NCBI RefSeq assembly: GCF_036321535.1
Contig: NC_087436.1
Location: 32,366,001-32,430,000 of the forward strand
Length of the DNA stretch: 64,000 nt
Source of the DNA: Camelus dromedarius
Lineage: Eukaryota
Direction of reading: 5' to 3'
Under the pieces are notes generated by a model, which was given only the letters and a program-made list of their open reading frames with translations, did no database searches and was not told the origin of the DNA. A program made the position numbers and the translations under genes. Each line of letters starts with the position of its first letter. Position 1 is the first letter of the stretch. This document shows, piece after piece, positions 1 through 42,800 of the stretch.

Positions 1-521
1 TTCTGTGATATAAGAGAGGAAGACTCAAACTGCACCCATTGCAATCTCTTACTTTTTGTCCTCAGACTCCAAAAACCTTATTCTCACTTAGAAACATTGG
101 ACTAAATCCTTATTTTGCACCTTCCATTTGTAAATAATGTGAATATCTTTTCACTCAAAACCTTTGTTCTTTATATTTTCATTAATGATTTATATCAGCA
201 GAAAACTTTAAAAGCTACTTGTATCACCCATTAATTTTTCTAAGAAAAGCTATTTCTATACTCTGATGGTAAAACTGAAGAAATTACTAGATAATCCATG
301 CTAATTTTGACCATCTTCCTTAGAAGAATACTGTTTAACCAGACCATTGCCTGTGTCTAAATGCCACTGTGCATTTTAACGTATGTATCCTCGGACATCT
401 GACTCCTTCTTTCAGGCCTTTTGGATTAACTGTCTGCCTTCTCAAAATTTAGAATTTGGTAGCTAGAAAGTGGAAGCAACCCCAGTGTCTATCAATGGAC
501 TAATGAATAAGCAAAATATCA

Positions 522-563
522 TGTGTGTGTGTGCGCGCACACACACACACACACACACACGCA
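522..563. repeat. (TG)n-CGCG-(CA)n compound microsatellite
   Basis: Read directly; 522-549 is a perfect 28-bp palindrome. Confidence 0.9.
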
Positions 564-606
564 CAACAATGGAATATTATTCAGCCTTAAAAAGCAATGA
601 AATTCT

Positions 607-735
607 TTTTTCTTTCTTTTTATTTTGTTGGGGGGAGGTAATTAGGGTTATTTATTTATTTATTTTTAGAGGCGGTACTGGGGATTGAACCCAGGACCTC
701 ATGAATGCTAAGCATGTGCTCTACCACTTGAATGG
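607..735 (-). mobile_element. Camelid tRNA-derived SINE (Vic-1-like), 5'-truncated, nested in L1
   Basis: B-box GGTTCAATCCC on -; TSD AATGAAATTCT at 596-606 and 736-746. Confidence 0.85.
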
Positions 736-1125
736 AATGAAATTCTAACAAATGCCACAAGGTGGATGAACCTTGAGGACATCAGGCTAAGTGAAACAAG
801 CCAGTTACAAAAAGACAAATATTATATGATTCTACTTATATGAGGTACCTAGAGACAGTATTGTATGATTCAGCCTTATATGAGGCAGCCAGATTCATAA
901 ACAGAAAGCAGAATGGTGGTTACCAGAGGCTGAGGGGCAGGACAGGGGAAGAGGAAATGGAGGAGGGTGTAATTGTTTAATGAGTATACAGTTTCAGTTT
1001 TTCAATTGAAAAGAGTTCTACAGATGGATGGTGGGGACAGTTGCACAACAGTATGATCTAATACCACTGAACTGTACACTTAAAAATGGTTAAGATGGTA
1101 CATTTTATGTGACGTGTATTTTACA

Positions 1126-1232
1126 ACAAAAAATATGAAAAAAATTTAGAAATTGGAGTTAATTTGGTAGTCTCTCTACAAAAAATATGAAAAAAATTTA
1201 GAAATTGGAGTTAATTTGGTAGTCTCTCTACA
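1126..1232. repeat. Perfect 52-bp tandem duplication
   Basis: ACAAAAAATATGAAAAAAATTTAGAAATTGGAGTTAATTTGGTAGTCTCTCT at 1126-1177 and 1178-1229, then ACA. Confidence 0.95.
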
Positions 1233-1402
1233 TAATTTTCCAGAGGAAGTAAATTGTTACTTTCTTTCCCTCTTGACAGCTTTCTCAGTAAGCAGTAGTT
1301 CATTATTCTATAAATCCTAGAACAGAACTCAAGGCTATCTTCAAAAAAACACCACTGCATAATTTAAGTCATTTAAGTCATCATTATTTTGATGTTTGTC
1401 AG

Positions 1403-1756
1403 CCGGAGGCCAGCCTCAGCTCCTAGGGGCTGTTCACATTTCCCTACCACATGGCTCTCTTCACAGGATGTTCACAACATAACAGCTTACTTCTTCATGG
1501 CCAACAGGAGTGTGAGAATGAGTGTGCTAGCAAGATAAAGTCTAACATAACAATGTAACCATGGGAGTGTTATCCTATCAACTTGGCCATATCATATAAT
1601 ATAATCATGGGAGTGATACCCGATCACCTTTGCCATACTCTGTTGGTTAGAAGGCAGATCACAGGTCCTGCCCACACTCAAAGGGAGGGGATTACACAAA
1701 GGAGTAAACATCAGAAGATGGGATCAAAAGGGCCACCTTAGAGACTCTCTGCCATC
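1403..1756. mobile_element. MaLR LTR fragment (MLT1-type)
   Basis: Typical MLT1 motifs CACCTTTGCCATA..TGTTGGTTAGAAG and GCCCACACTCAAAGGGAGGGGATTACAC. Confidence 0.7.
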
Positions 1757-2236
1757 TTGGGAGAAACCAACTGTGAATTTCAATCAGCCTTTGAGCAGAA
1801 TGTCTGGGCTGATACCTGCAGGGCTTTCAGTGTCATAGGTGACAATACCTTCTTCCAATTTTCCTACCAATAGGAAAATAAACAACAAATTCCACAGACC
1901 TGAATAAACATTTGTTTATAAGCATGTGAGTTCGTGAAAATTTGTCTGAATTTTCTAAATCATGTTTATATATTTCCATTCACTCAAAAACACTTGCCCA
2001 GAAAAGCAAACCAAAAAACCCCCAAAACAAAATAGTTTTGTTAAAAACCCTTGCATTTTAGTATTTTGTTTTTTATTCATTAAGCAAATGGTAAAAGGCA
2101 AACTGGCTTCTGAAATGCTGTCCTCATTATACACACTTTCTAATTTAGTGCAATTATTAAAATCAAGTAAGTATATGTAGTATATATTTAAACTGCTTGA
2201 CCAGTTTTTTTTTTTTTTTTGAAGGGTAAACGTCAG

Positions 2237-2927
2237 TGTGGTATAATAAAGAATGTATCTGGTCTTTGACCCCCTTTCCTGGTGTGGAGTTCCTAAAACT
2301 CTTGGAAATTTCCTGAGTGATAGAAATATCTTCATGCCAAAGAGGTGACTCATGGTGGGGCTCTAGATAATTTCAGGATAATTTCTGTCTGGTCACCAGA
2401 AAGACCAACCCTTTGATTAGAGGGGTGACTTTGGTCCAGCCTGACCTCCAGGAGGGGAAAGGAGCTGGAGATTGAGTCGAATCACATGGCAATGACCCAA
2501 TCAATCATGGACACTAAGGCATGGTTGAGCCTCTTTGTTGATGAACATGATGTGTTGGAGGGTGATGCACACTGACTCCAGGGTAAAAGGGAATGGAAGC
2601 TTCACATTTCCTCTTATAACTTGCCTCATTCATCTCTTCATTTGGCTGTTGCTAAGTTGTATCCTTTATAATAAAGTTAGAAGAAGTATAGCAAGTGGTT
2701 TCTTTAGTTCTTTGAGTTGTTTAGCAAATTATTAATCCAAGGGGTCACAGAAATTCCCACATCTGTAGCCAAGTCAGTCAGAAGTGTGGCATGCATTGGA
2801 AGCAATGGCATCTGGAGGATTGAGCCCTTAACTGGTGGGCATCTGCACTAACTCCTGTGGTGTTAATCTGCTGGTGATTAATGTCAGAGCTGAATTGAGT
2901 ATACCCAGTTGGGGTGGAAATGGCACA
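2237..2927 (+). mobile_element. Solo LTR, MER21-like
   Basis: TG...CA ends; AGTTCCTAAAACTCTTGGAAATTTCCTGAGTGATAG; internal ATAATAAA. Confidence 0.7.
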
Positions 2928-4889
2928 GTTTATTCTTTACCAAATTACCAATATCCTCAATTAGTGTTCCATATTCCAAATAAGAGATGAACTCTATATA
3001 TTTAGATATGCAACTCTATTCAGGGGCATTCTATAGCATAAGGAAAAGACAATTCTGAGTGATGAATGATAATTTTAACTATTTTACTCCTTGGGTCTTT
3101 CTGGAATTGTTCAAAAGATAGCACTGATACATTGTTGTATACCTTTATTAAACTGCAGCAGAACAATGGCATGTCATTATAACACAGGACTTCATTATCT
3201 TTTGCAAGTATTACAGACCACTTATTTTCTCTACAGTGGTAGGAAAAGAAAGGGTCCAATATTTTCCTTTATAACATCCCTGGCATCAACAGCAATATGC
3301 AGAATCCAGGTTAGTGTAAAAAAGAAAAAAATTCCAACACTCACATTTACAAAAAGAAGAAAAGTACTAAAAACTGTTCATGAGAAAACTCATTTTTCTA
3401 CACAATATTCTTCTAGGTTTATAATAGATAAAAACAAGGTAAGACGAACATGGAAAAGTAGAAAGTTGCCAGAGAAGCAAGAAAGGACCTGAGAAAAATG
3501 AACTCTTCAAGTATTTTGTAAAGTAGTATGTTAGGTGCCTAAATTGTTTAGTCATTTTTAATTTTCAACCCTATACTAGAAAAGCTTCCAAACCACTTTA
3601 ATTCCATGTAATATAGGCCATAAGAGTCAGCATTCCAAGTCTAGAGTCAGCATTTTCCTTGCTACATTTACCTGACAGTAAACAACTGACCAATGAGGAA
3701 CAGAAAGCAAATCAAACACACACATAGCTTATGATAACTCTGGTTCTAGAGTTTGGCATTACACAGATTTGCTTAAATCCCATTTTAGTTCCAAGAACAA
3801 TATAAAAGACCAGTTTTCTGGGACGCTGCAAACATGTCAGTCTTTCTAGGCAGAGTTAACTGCTATCCAGAGTTACCATGAACAGATCATAATCCAAGTC
3901 CAGCATATAGATAACTCCAATTTACAGGAGGCACCATCTGGAGCCACATCAGGTACTTTTTAAAGCCTCCACACTAAGCTGGACTGACACCAGTTAGCTT
4001 CTGCAGAAAAAGGACCCACTTTGAAAGTGTGTATCAAGCCAAACTGACACAATTGTCATCTACTCTTTTATACTGCCAAAGCAAAAAATGAAAAGCAAAG
4101 TGAAACAAAAATAGAAATTCTAGTTCAGTGCCAAGGAATTAAGTCTTTTTAAGAAACGAACTCTATTGTTAAAAGTCATGCTCAGTATCTATTATGCCAT
4201 CTAGTACTTTTATCTCCTAACACTCTGGTACTTAAGCATTTAAATAATGCAACCCTAATTTTTTCTAGACTGCTTTCCTCATATCTCAAAGGCATAAAAG
4301 AAATTTAAAAAAAATACCACCATGTACAAGAACTTTACTCTACAAAAATGCAGATCTAATTTTTATCTTATAACTTCACTTTTAAGTCACTTATTTTCAA
4401 GGCAAGTTTAAGTATCAAGTTATACTAGAGCTTAGATACCCCAGATATTCACTATGAAAATCGACTACCCTACCTTGACAAATTTAATTCCTTTTAATCT
4501 TACACTGGAGAAGAGTAGGAAAACTGGAACTTTATTTGTTTAGAGGGGTATCTATTCTAGCAGTCTATCTGCTATCTATTCTAAGCAGTCATCTAAGGAA
4601 ATCCAACAGGTGGACTGTCTTGTATGCTTATGTGAAACATTTAGCAAATAACTGAATCTCAAATTTAGTTCTTCTTTTCCATGTGCTTTAAAAAATAAGT
4701 GTTTAAAACTTTTTTTTTATGTTTACTTTGAGTATTCTGTGTCTATGTTCCTAAGAAATTTGTTCTTTTCTTGCTTTTTTTTTTAATTGGTACAACACAC
4801 AGAGCTTAGATTTCACCAGTTGTACATGTACTCAGTCCATGTACTTTTGCCATCTAAAGTCATCACTTGGAGGCAGCAATGGAAAATAG

Positions 4890-5270
4890 CAGTGTCAGAA
4901 GACCTAGGTTCCTCTACTAGCAGTGTGACCTTGAGTAAGCCATCTTAACCTATAAAAGGGGAATAATAGCTGGCTGAATATATAATAGGAAATTACTTCA
5001 TTTATATAAAAATTGATTATCTGTTTTGAAATATTTTGAGAGATATGAGAAAAGATTCTTTTTGACATTCTTTTCATAGGAAGGCTGTAGGTGGAAAGCA
5101 CAGGCTTTATAGTCAGGAGTCCTGTTTCTTAGATTCTAGCTCTGTTGCTTATTAGCTGTATGACCATGGGCAAATTACTTAATCTCCATACTTCCAATTT
5201 CCTTTTATGCCTGAGACAATCCCACCTCAGAGGATTATTATAGGGATGAAATGAGTTAATTCAAAAAGTA
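4890..5270. mobile_element. MIR fragments (others at about 6370-6540, 23600-23760, 36760-36960, 47770-47970, 55700-55960)
   Basis: MIR core motifs TGTGACCTTG.G.AAG, TTTCCTCATCTGTAA. Confidence 0.65.
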
Positions 5271-5378
5271 TTCATTCAACCATTCTGCTTGGTGCAATAC
5301 TGGTTAAAAGCTCCTTTGTTGAATATATATATATGCCATACACTGTGCTAGACTCCAGAGATTAAAAAAGAAGCCAGA

Positions 5379-6025
5379 ACTCCTGGGCATATATCCAGAA
5401 TGAACCCTAATTCAAAAAGACACCTGCACCCCAATGTTCATAGCAGCACTATTTACAATAGCCAACACATGGAAACAACCTAAATGTCCATCGACAGATG
5501 ACTGGATAAAGAAGTTGTGGTATATTTATACAGTGGAATACTATTTGGCCATAAAAACGATAACATAATGCCATTTGCAGCAACATGGATGTCCCTGGAG
5601 AATGTTATTCTAAGTGAAGTAAGCCAGAAAAAGAAAAATACCATATGATATCACTCATATGTGGAATCTAAAAAAAAAAAAAAAAGAAGACAAATGATTT
5701 TAAATATAAAACATAAACAGACTCATGGACATTGAATACAAACTTGTGGTTACCAGGGGAGAGGGGGTGGGGAGGGATAGACTGGGAATTTGAGATTTGT
5801 AGATACTGACAGGTATATAAAGAATAGATAAACAAGTTTATACTGCATAGCATGGGGAAATATATTCAAGCTCACAGTGAAAAAGAATATGAAAATGAAT
5901 ATATGTATATTCATGTATGACTGAAAAATTGTATTGTACACCAGAAATTGACACACATTATAAACTGACTATAACTCAATAAAAACTTTTCTAAACCAAA
6001 AAATAATTTAAAAGTTAAAAAAATT
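5379..6025 (+). mobile_element. Young 5'-truncated L1 (ORF2 end, 3'UTR and poly(A))
   Basis: CCAATGTTCATAGCAGCACTATTTACAATAGCC; AATAAA and A tail; perfect 14-bp TSD AAAAAGAAGCCAGA at 5365-5378 and 6026-6039, at a TT|AAAA site. Confidence 0.9.
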
Positions 6026-7150
6026 AAAAAGAAGCCAGAGATACAGTATAGCAACATTATGGAAAAAAAATACTAATTTTACCCATATACCTTCTTGGAA
6101 CCAATCATAAGAATCTGATATGTTTTTGTGAGTTGTTATAAACAGATTTGCAAGACTAAATCCAGGTACATAACGTCAGGTCTAGATTCAGAAGATAATT
6201 CTGAACTAACAGAAAACACATTTCAAGTTTAGCTGTTCACCAGTGGTATGTGTCTGATAGGATATACACAAGGTCACAAACAAGACAAAGATCAAAAGTG
6301 ACGGCATATACCATACAACATATAACTAGTACAGGGCCTGGCATAGTATAAGTGCTCATAAATATTGGTGGGAAACAACTGAATTTGGGTCCCCACTCTA
6401 CCACTTTCACACTGAATGACTCTGGGTAAGTTATTAACTTTTCTGAGCCTTAGTTCTCTGTAAAATAGAAATGGGTCTGTTTTACCTATCTTATAGGACA
6501 GCTGTGATCAAATGAAATCACATAAGAATGTATCTAGTGCTAATAAAACAGTGATTGTGACACACTTGACTACTGCTACCAATTAGCTTACAAGCCTGCT
6601 TGTAGGCGTAAGATGTTTATATTTAAGTACCAGGAAAGTAACAGTACCAAGATCTACTGAAAACAAACAAAAATAACCCATAACATATTTTCTAAAAATG
6701 TTATTTTCCTTGTGATGAAAGGAGTCATCGTCAATCTAGTGTTGCTGTGCCTTTTCTAACCCTCAGGTTACAGGAGTAGGCTCCACTGAGTGTCATCCTG
6801 CAAGGCTGAAGCCCCCAGCCCGCGCAGGCGGCAGTGGGGCTCGAGTCTGAAGATCAGTAGGTTAGAAGGGGCTGGACCCCATCTTCAGTCCAGGTCCTAA
6901 CAAGGCACTATGGGTAAGGTGTCTTTGTAACGACACTGCGTAGCAACCTCTACCTTCCACAGTGGGCAGGGACAGCACACCAGCCCACCAGCCCACCTCA
7001 ACCGGGCCACCAGAAAGACCCCCGCCTCGCCCCAGGCTCCAGACCCCCGCGCCTCCCTCCAAGCCTTGCACTCTCAGTCCCTGCCTTCTGGCACGTAGGC
7101 AGCGCAGCAAGAGGCTTGGGAAGTGCGGCCTGGACCGGCTACTTACTCAC

Positions 7151-7330
7151 TGGCCGCCCGGCGGACTCCTGCTGTCCAGCTGCCCAAGACTTCCAGCGCC
7201 GCCGCAATCTAGGCACCCGGGACTTGCCTTCCGTCTGAGCCCCAAAAGCAGCGACAGCGGCCTCTCCAGGAACTGAGGAATGAGCGGTAGCTGACAGGAA
7301 AGCGTAGAGAGGCGGCCGAGCCCTGGGACG
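7151..7330 (-). other. ABHD18: Probable non-coding first exon of ABHD18 (C4orf29); intron 1 runs towards position 1 and the coding exons lie outside the window
   Basis: Strong - strand donor CCA|GTGAGTAAGT at 7150 inside the CpG island. The name comes only from known head-to-head synteny with MFSD8; the 5' end is approximate. Confidence 0.6.
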
Positions 7331-7617
7331 GGAGGTTGTTTGGACACGCCCCCGAACTCTCTCTGACTCTTCCCAACGTTTCTGCAGGCCGAGAGGCGCG
7401 GATCCAGGGAGGAGGATAAGGACTTAAGGCCCCGCCCTTAACTCCCTCATCTGCTCCTACGTGACCCCGCCTCTGACCTGGGGCGCTCCGCCCACTTCTG
7501 GTCGCCTGGCAAGCACGCGCACTTACGGGCCTGTTTTGACAGCTTCGGGTCGCCGGGAATAAGAGGGAGCAGGAGGTGTCGCGAGAGTTGGCCTCAAGCC
7601 TTGTGGGAGCAGTGACT

Positions 7618-37443
<29,826 letters not shown>

Positions 37444-39108
37444 CCTAGCTGAGACTAGGATGGAATGTACTTGCTGTGTGAAACTTTCTCTTCTAAGGCT
37501 CAGCTAGACTATTGCTATGAGTCAGTTTCCTAAAGTCAGGTTGCAGATACTGTATATTTTGAATAACCAGAAAATATGTTGAATAACACAGGGCATTCTA
37601 TGCTTAATTGTGAATAGCAAGATAATGTAAAAATTCTGGATCATAGTTTTCTTATCTCAAAAAAGAAATAGTCTTCATATAACATTTTCTTTGGGTGGCA
37701 TGGACTCATGAGTGAATAGACAATGGTCTACGAATGTGAGGTTGTAGTCTTAATTCAAACTGCAGAGGTGTCATTAAAGTAATGAGAGACCGTCTATGCA
37801 GTAAAACCATAAGGACAGTTCTGTATGAATTACCTGTAATAGAATGAAATTATAGAAATTGTTTACCTAAATAGAGGTACTTTTATTCAAATGTACCTCC
37901 TTTTTGTTAATTTAAAAATGCTTTTTGTTATTATCAAGTTTTCCTTATGAAGCAAAATTATGACTCTTATATTTTCCACTTACCATTCCTGCCATCCTGC
38001 CTTGACTTCTATAAGTCATTAGTTTTAATACTACACTTACTGTCTTCTTTTAGTTCAGGATCTCATTGAGTAACCCCTAAATTAATGGATGAGTGTGAGT
38101 AATGTTCATATTTGAGCAATAAAGCAGATTAAGAGATCAGGACGGATTTCACTACCTTAGGTAGGGATAACTTACTTTTTTTCTTTCAAGTCCTAATAAA
38201 TAATTCACTTTAGAAACATAAGCCAGGTATGTGTTATTGTATACATATATTGAACAGAAAACTGTTAAAATTATTGGCATTTTTCAATTCCCTTAAATTC
38301 TAGAGAAAAACCATTTATTTACTTTTCCTATCTCTCGGTACTGGGAAGACGCAAGTTTTCAATCTGTGTCAGCATAGCTACTCAGAACTGCAGGCCATGA
38401 CAGTCCCTGTCTAATCAGTATTTGAGATAAAATGGCTTTAATCTGTTTACTGAGTTTATTAGAAGTTGGCTAAATCACACTTTCTATGTATACATTTCTA
38501 CCTCTGAGTAAGCTGAATGCTGCTAATAGGGACTAGTACAGAACTATTTATATGGATAATCAATATTACCCCGAAATGTAAAAATATTTCTAAATACTTT
38601 TCCAAATGTTTCCTACTGTAAGATATACATATTTTCAAATCTGAGAGTAAACACTATAATCTGCACTTTATACTAAGTTTGCTGTACTTTTTTTTGTTGG
38701 GGGGTAGCTTGAGTATCAGAAATTTATTACAGTTCTGGAGGCTAGAAGTATGAGATCAAGGTATCAGCAAGGTGGGTTTTGTTTGAGGCTGCTCTCCTTG
38801 GCTTGTAAATGGTTACTTATTCTCTGTGTCTTTTTGTTTATTTGTTTTCCCAGCTCTATGGAGATATAATTGACATATAACATGGATAAATTTACAGTGT
38901 ACAACATGTTGATTTCATACACTTATATATTGCAAAATGATTACCATATTAGAGAGCTCTTTCCATATTCCAGGTAATGTGCAATGTACTGTTTAATTCT
39001 CATAGCAGTCTTATAGAGTGAAGATGTTTTACAGATGAAGGAACAGAGGCACAGAGAAATTAAGGTACTTGTCTCAGTAACAGTCTATCTTCAAAGTCTA
39101 CATTCTTT

Positions 39109-39235
39109 TTTGGGGGGTTGGGGGAGGTAATTAGATTTATTTATTTATTTATTTTTAGAGGAGGTACTGGGGATTGCACCCAGGACCTTGTGTGTGCTAA
39201 GCATGTGCTCTACCACTTGAGCTATATCCTTCCCA
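39109..39235 (-). mobile_element. Vic-1-like SINE in the MFSD8 3' region
   Basis: Perfect 17-bp TSD CAAAGTCTACATTCTTT at 39092-39108 and 39236-39252. Confidence 0.88.
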
Positions 39236-40077
39236 CAAAGTCTACATTCTTTACTGTTTTTTTTCATAGTGATGAATTAGCCCATCAAGTTGCAGGAGCA
39301 GTCACTTAAATGCTAATTGTAGGGTAAATTAAAAGTTACTTATACCAGTGACTCCTATTAGCAGAAATATTTGAGAAACATAATTTGAAGCTTATTGACT
39401 GGGGCATTTATCTTAGCTTAATAGTTAGACTGTTTCCATGCAAGAATATGACAGAGAAGTTTCCCAACTTCTGAAGATTTATAAAATTTTATAAAATTCA
39501 GATAAAACTGTAACCTTGGAAAAATGACTGCCACCTTCCTTTTTATTGAGAGTACTTTCTTCTCCAGAGGATTACACCAACACACATCTTGGCACAAAGG
39601 AAGTGACATGGGGTGGAGGAGAGAGCAGTGAGGTAAAGTTTGAGGAGAAAAATCACCTGGTTGAGATCTTGAGTTGACAAGTTGAGTATAAGTTGAAAAA
39701 GATGATAGGATACCTTAAGTATAAAAAAACTTCTAAAAATTACTATTAAGAAAAGACATGTTTTTAAAAATCTAAACTTATACTTGATAAGAAAAAATGA
39801 TTTTCATAGTTGAAGGGATTTATAACTTGATAAAGTGTTTCTATGTGACCTTGTTAAGCCTGGCTACATTGAAAAATAAACTCCAGTTCTCTTGCAGTGA
39901 ATTGGAGGAGTGAAGTAAATCTGTGTGTTATTTTTTGTTTTGGAGGAGATAAACTACTTATCTGCATCTGTAGAGATGCATCATTAAGAATACATTAACT
40001 TATTTTGGGTACCATTTTTAACTATTACAGACTTATTTGTAATTGAATGTATCTTACATTGTGATTGTATATTTTCT

Positions 40078-40083
40078 AATAAA
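40078..40083 (+). terminator. Candidate distal MFSD8 poly(A) signal (other AATAAA at about 38118 and 38195)
   Basis: AATAAA in an AT-rich unique stretch just before L2-derived sequence begins. Confidence 0.5.
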
Positions 40084-41339
40084 CAAGATTATTATATATT
40101 TGTACCTAAAGCCTTAAAAGATTACTTATTCATATTTATCCTTTAAATATATATACAAGGGGCCCAAGTATGCACCAATCACCATGCCACTGCGGGGAGC
40201 GGAACAGTAAACACAATACACAAAGCCCCTGCCCTCATTAGACTTACATATTGGCAGGAAAGTGAGACATTAGTCAAATGATAACACAAATGATAATGCT
40301 CAAGGAAAGGGCGATGAAAGAGAGGTGTAGGGAGTAATGAAGGCGATGTAGCTGAATGGGAAAGTCAGGGAATATTTTTCTAAGAAAGTAATGATTTAAC
40401 TAAGGCCTGGTGGAAGAGAATGGTTTAGATTGGTGGAGTGGGACAAGTGCATTTCAGGTAGAAGGCATGATGTGTGCAAAGCCCTGGAGGTGGGAAGATG
40501 TTGGGGCTTTCCCAGAACTAAAAATAGGTCCAGGGTGGCTAGAGTATAGTGATTGAGAAAAAGTTCTGTTAGTTGAGTCTATGGAGAGACAGTTCAAGAC
40601 CTTTAGGCCTCAAGCATTAGGACTCCTCTGGTGGCAAGTAAGAGTTAGGTATTCTAACTCTGTGCATGGTTGGAGCTAGGAATCCAGATAATGTCATCAG
40701 GACTCTGTTTTTTTCTTTTAGTTCAACATACCTCTGTTTGACTTTATTTTTAGGCACTCTTCATTTTGTGACAAGATGGCCGCTGACAGCCTCAAGCTCG
40801 CAATACCTTTATAGCTCACAGTTCTGGGGAAGAATGGCTCAAGCAGAAGTATCAGAAAAGGCTCCAAAAGGCTCCAACTAGCCAAGTTTAGCGTACATAC
40901 CCATCCTGGAGTCTACCAGGTGGGCAGGGGATGGATCCAGGCCTGGATCACACATCTATTCTGGGAATATAGTTGTGTGAGGGAAGAACTCTGTCAGAAT
41001 CATCTCAGTTACGTAGAGTAAATAGTTTTATAACTGGGTGGAGAAAAGCAGGTTCCACCAAAGGCAGGTTACCTGAGTTGACATAGACACTTATCCGCTG
41101 TACCCTACACCTCTCAACTGTTTTCACATGATCATAATCATAGAAAATATTGTGGAAAATGGATAAAGCTACTTATACCCAGCTTTTTCAGTCAACACAG
41201 TCCCTACCAGTGATCTTGGAGCACTAAATGGATCAATTTTCCATTTACAAATGTAACCCATTTGTGATATACCAATGTTAGGAAGAATGTTACTATAAGC
41301 ACTTAAGTATTTTGGACTTTATTTAAGAGAAATAGGAAG

Positions 41340-42800
41340 GTATTTAAGGTAACTTGGACTCTAAAAAGAAACCTGGGCTCCTTGTAGAAGTGGCTGATTC
41401 CAGGTGTGGGGCAAAACGAGCCTACATCTAGTGCCAGAAAGCAAGGGAGTTTATTAAAGAAGTCTTGCCAAAGGGACACAGGAGTCAAATAAAGGGACTT
41501 CTAGTAGCCAAAAATGGGGCAATTAAAGCACTGAAAAGAATATCTGCAGTTGATTTAAACACATCAACTGTGTGGAAAATCTATGAGTTCAAAATGATAC
41601 TAAAAATAAGATCACTGGCCACCTTTGGAGGTTGCTAGGGTTTTAGCTCTTTATTCTAAAAAACAGAAAATAAGGAGGAAGGGTATATAGCTCAGTAGCT
41701 ATGGTAGTGTGTGTGCTTAGCATGCATGAGGTCCTGGGTTCAATCCCCATTACCCTCATTAAACAAACAAACCTAATTACCTCCCACTACCCCACAAGAA
41801 AAACCCATTAAAAACCAGAAAATAAAGACTCAAGCATCTCTTCTGCCTATCTAAATTTCAGGGTAGTCAAATATTGATGAGGTAAAGTTATTTTCTATAG
41901 TATAATCCAAACTACTAAATACAAAAGGATTAATAGAATTAGAAAAATTCCCATTTAGCAACCGTTAGTGAAATAATAGATAGGGACAAGAATCGTCAGT
42001 GAATGGCAAAAATACTAGGTGGAAGATTAATGAGGAACTTTCTAAAGAATGGATGAGGCTAACAACACTTGAACCCACTGTTCATTCTTAACATCATTAA
42101 AAATGGGTAAGTGGTATGTGCCTCCTGATTTGATGCAGCAGGAAGTACTCAGTACAGCCTATGAAAGTGTTCCTGCCAGAAAAAAAAAAAAAAAAAAAAA
42201 AAAAGAACCAGAATCTAATCAAGCCTATAGATGTAAACTATCAGTTTACAGGAAATACAAAAGATAAGTAAATGCCACCACTAGTAAGTAATCATCTAAG
42301 CCCAGAAGGTGATACATTCTATAGACAAATGGTTCAGTTTCTTAAAGTTAAACAAAAAATTGGCATAGAAAAAATAAAAGTTGAGAGATCAGAAGTCATA
42401 GATGAAAAGAAACTTCAGAGATACGTAAATCAAATGCATTACAGAGATCTTATTTTTGATCTTGTTTTAAGTCAAATGTAAGAATACTTCTGAGGCAATT
42501 GGAGAAATTTGAAACTAGACAACATTAGATGATATTAAGGAATTGTTAATTCTGAGATGTGTTATAGTTATACTTTTTTAGGTCTTTATCTGTTAAAGAT
42601 ATTAAAAAATTTATGATAGAAATTATATGATATCTGGAATTTGCCTCAAAATACTCCAGTGGGGGAAGGATGTCAGTAGGATAGATGAAACAAGATTGGC
42701 AAAATATTTGCTGAAGTTGAGTGGGAGCTACGTGGAGGCTCCTTATATTGTTATATCTGTACTTTTTTGTGTTTTTAAATTTCCACAATTAATTTAAAGT
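41340..42800 (+). mobile_element. Old L1MC-type 3' region (contains a SINE and an A25 run)
   Basis: AAAAGAAACCTGGGCTCCTTG...GGCTGATTCCAGG; ATATCTGGAATTTGCCTCAAAATACTCCAG. Confidence 0.6.
41674..41810 (+). mobile_element. Vic-1-like SINE nested in an old L1
   Basis: A and B boxes; TSD approximately CAGAAAATAA. Confidence 0.82.

Larger units (their letters stand above)
460..1140 (+). mobile_element. L1 3' end (L1M-type), interrupted by a microsatellite and a SINE
   Basis: TGGAATATTATTCAGCCTTAAAAAG, GGATGAACCTTGAGGACAT, CTGAACTGTACACTTAAAAATGG; TSD approximately AAAATTTAGAA(T/A)TTGG. Confidence 0.8.

Noticed and set aside
470..688. 72-aa ORF and other short ORFs ending in IYLFIFRGGTGD (also 39118-39309, and 60945-61193 in another frame)
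   Set aside because: Chance translations of antisense SINE and L1 sequence; the shared peptide reflects the repeat, not a gene family
3020..3555. ORFs of 62-133 aa as possible ABHD18 coding exons
   Set aside because: No resemblance to the ABHD18 N-terminus as I recall it and no convincing splice boundaries
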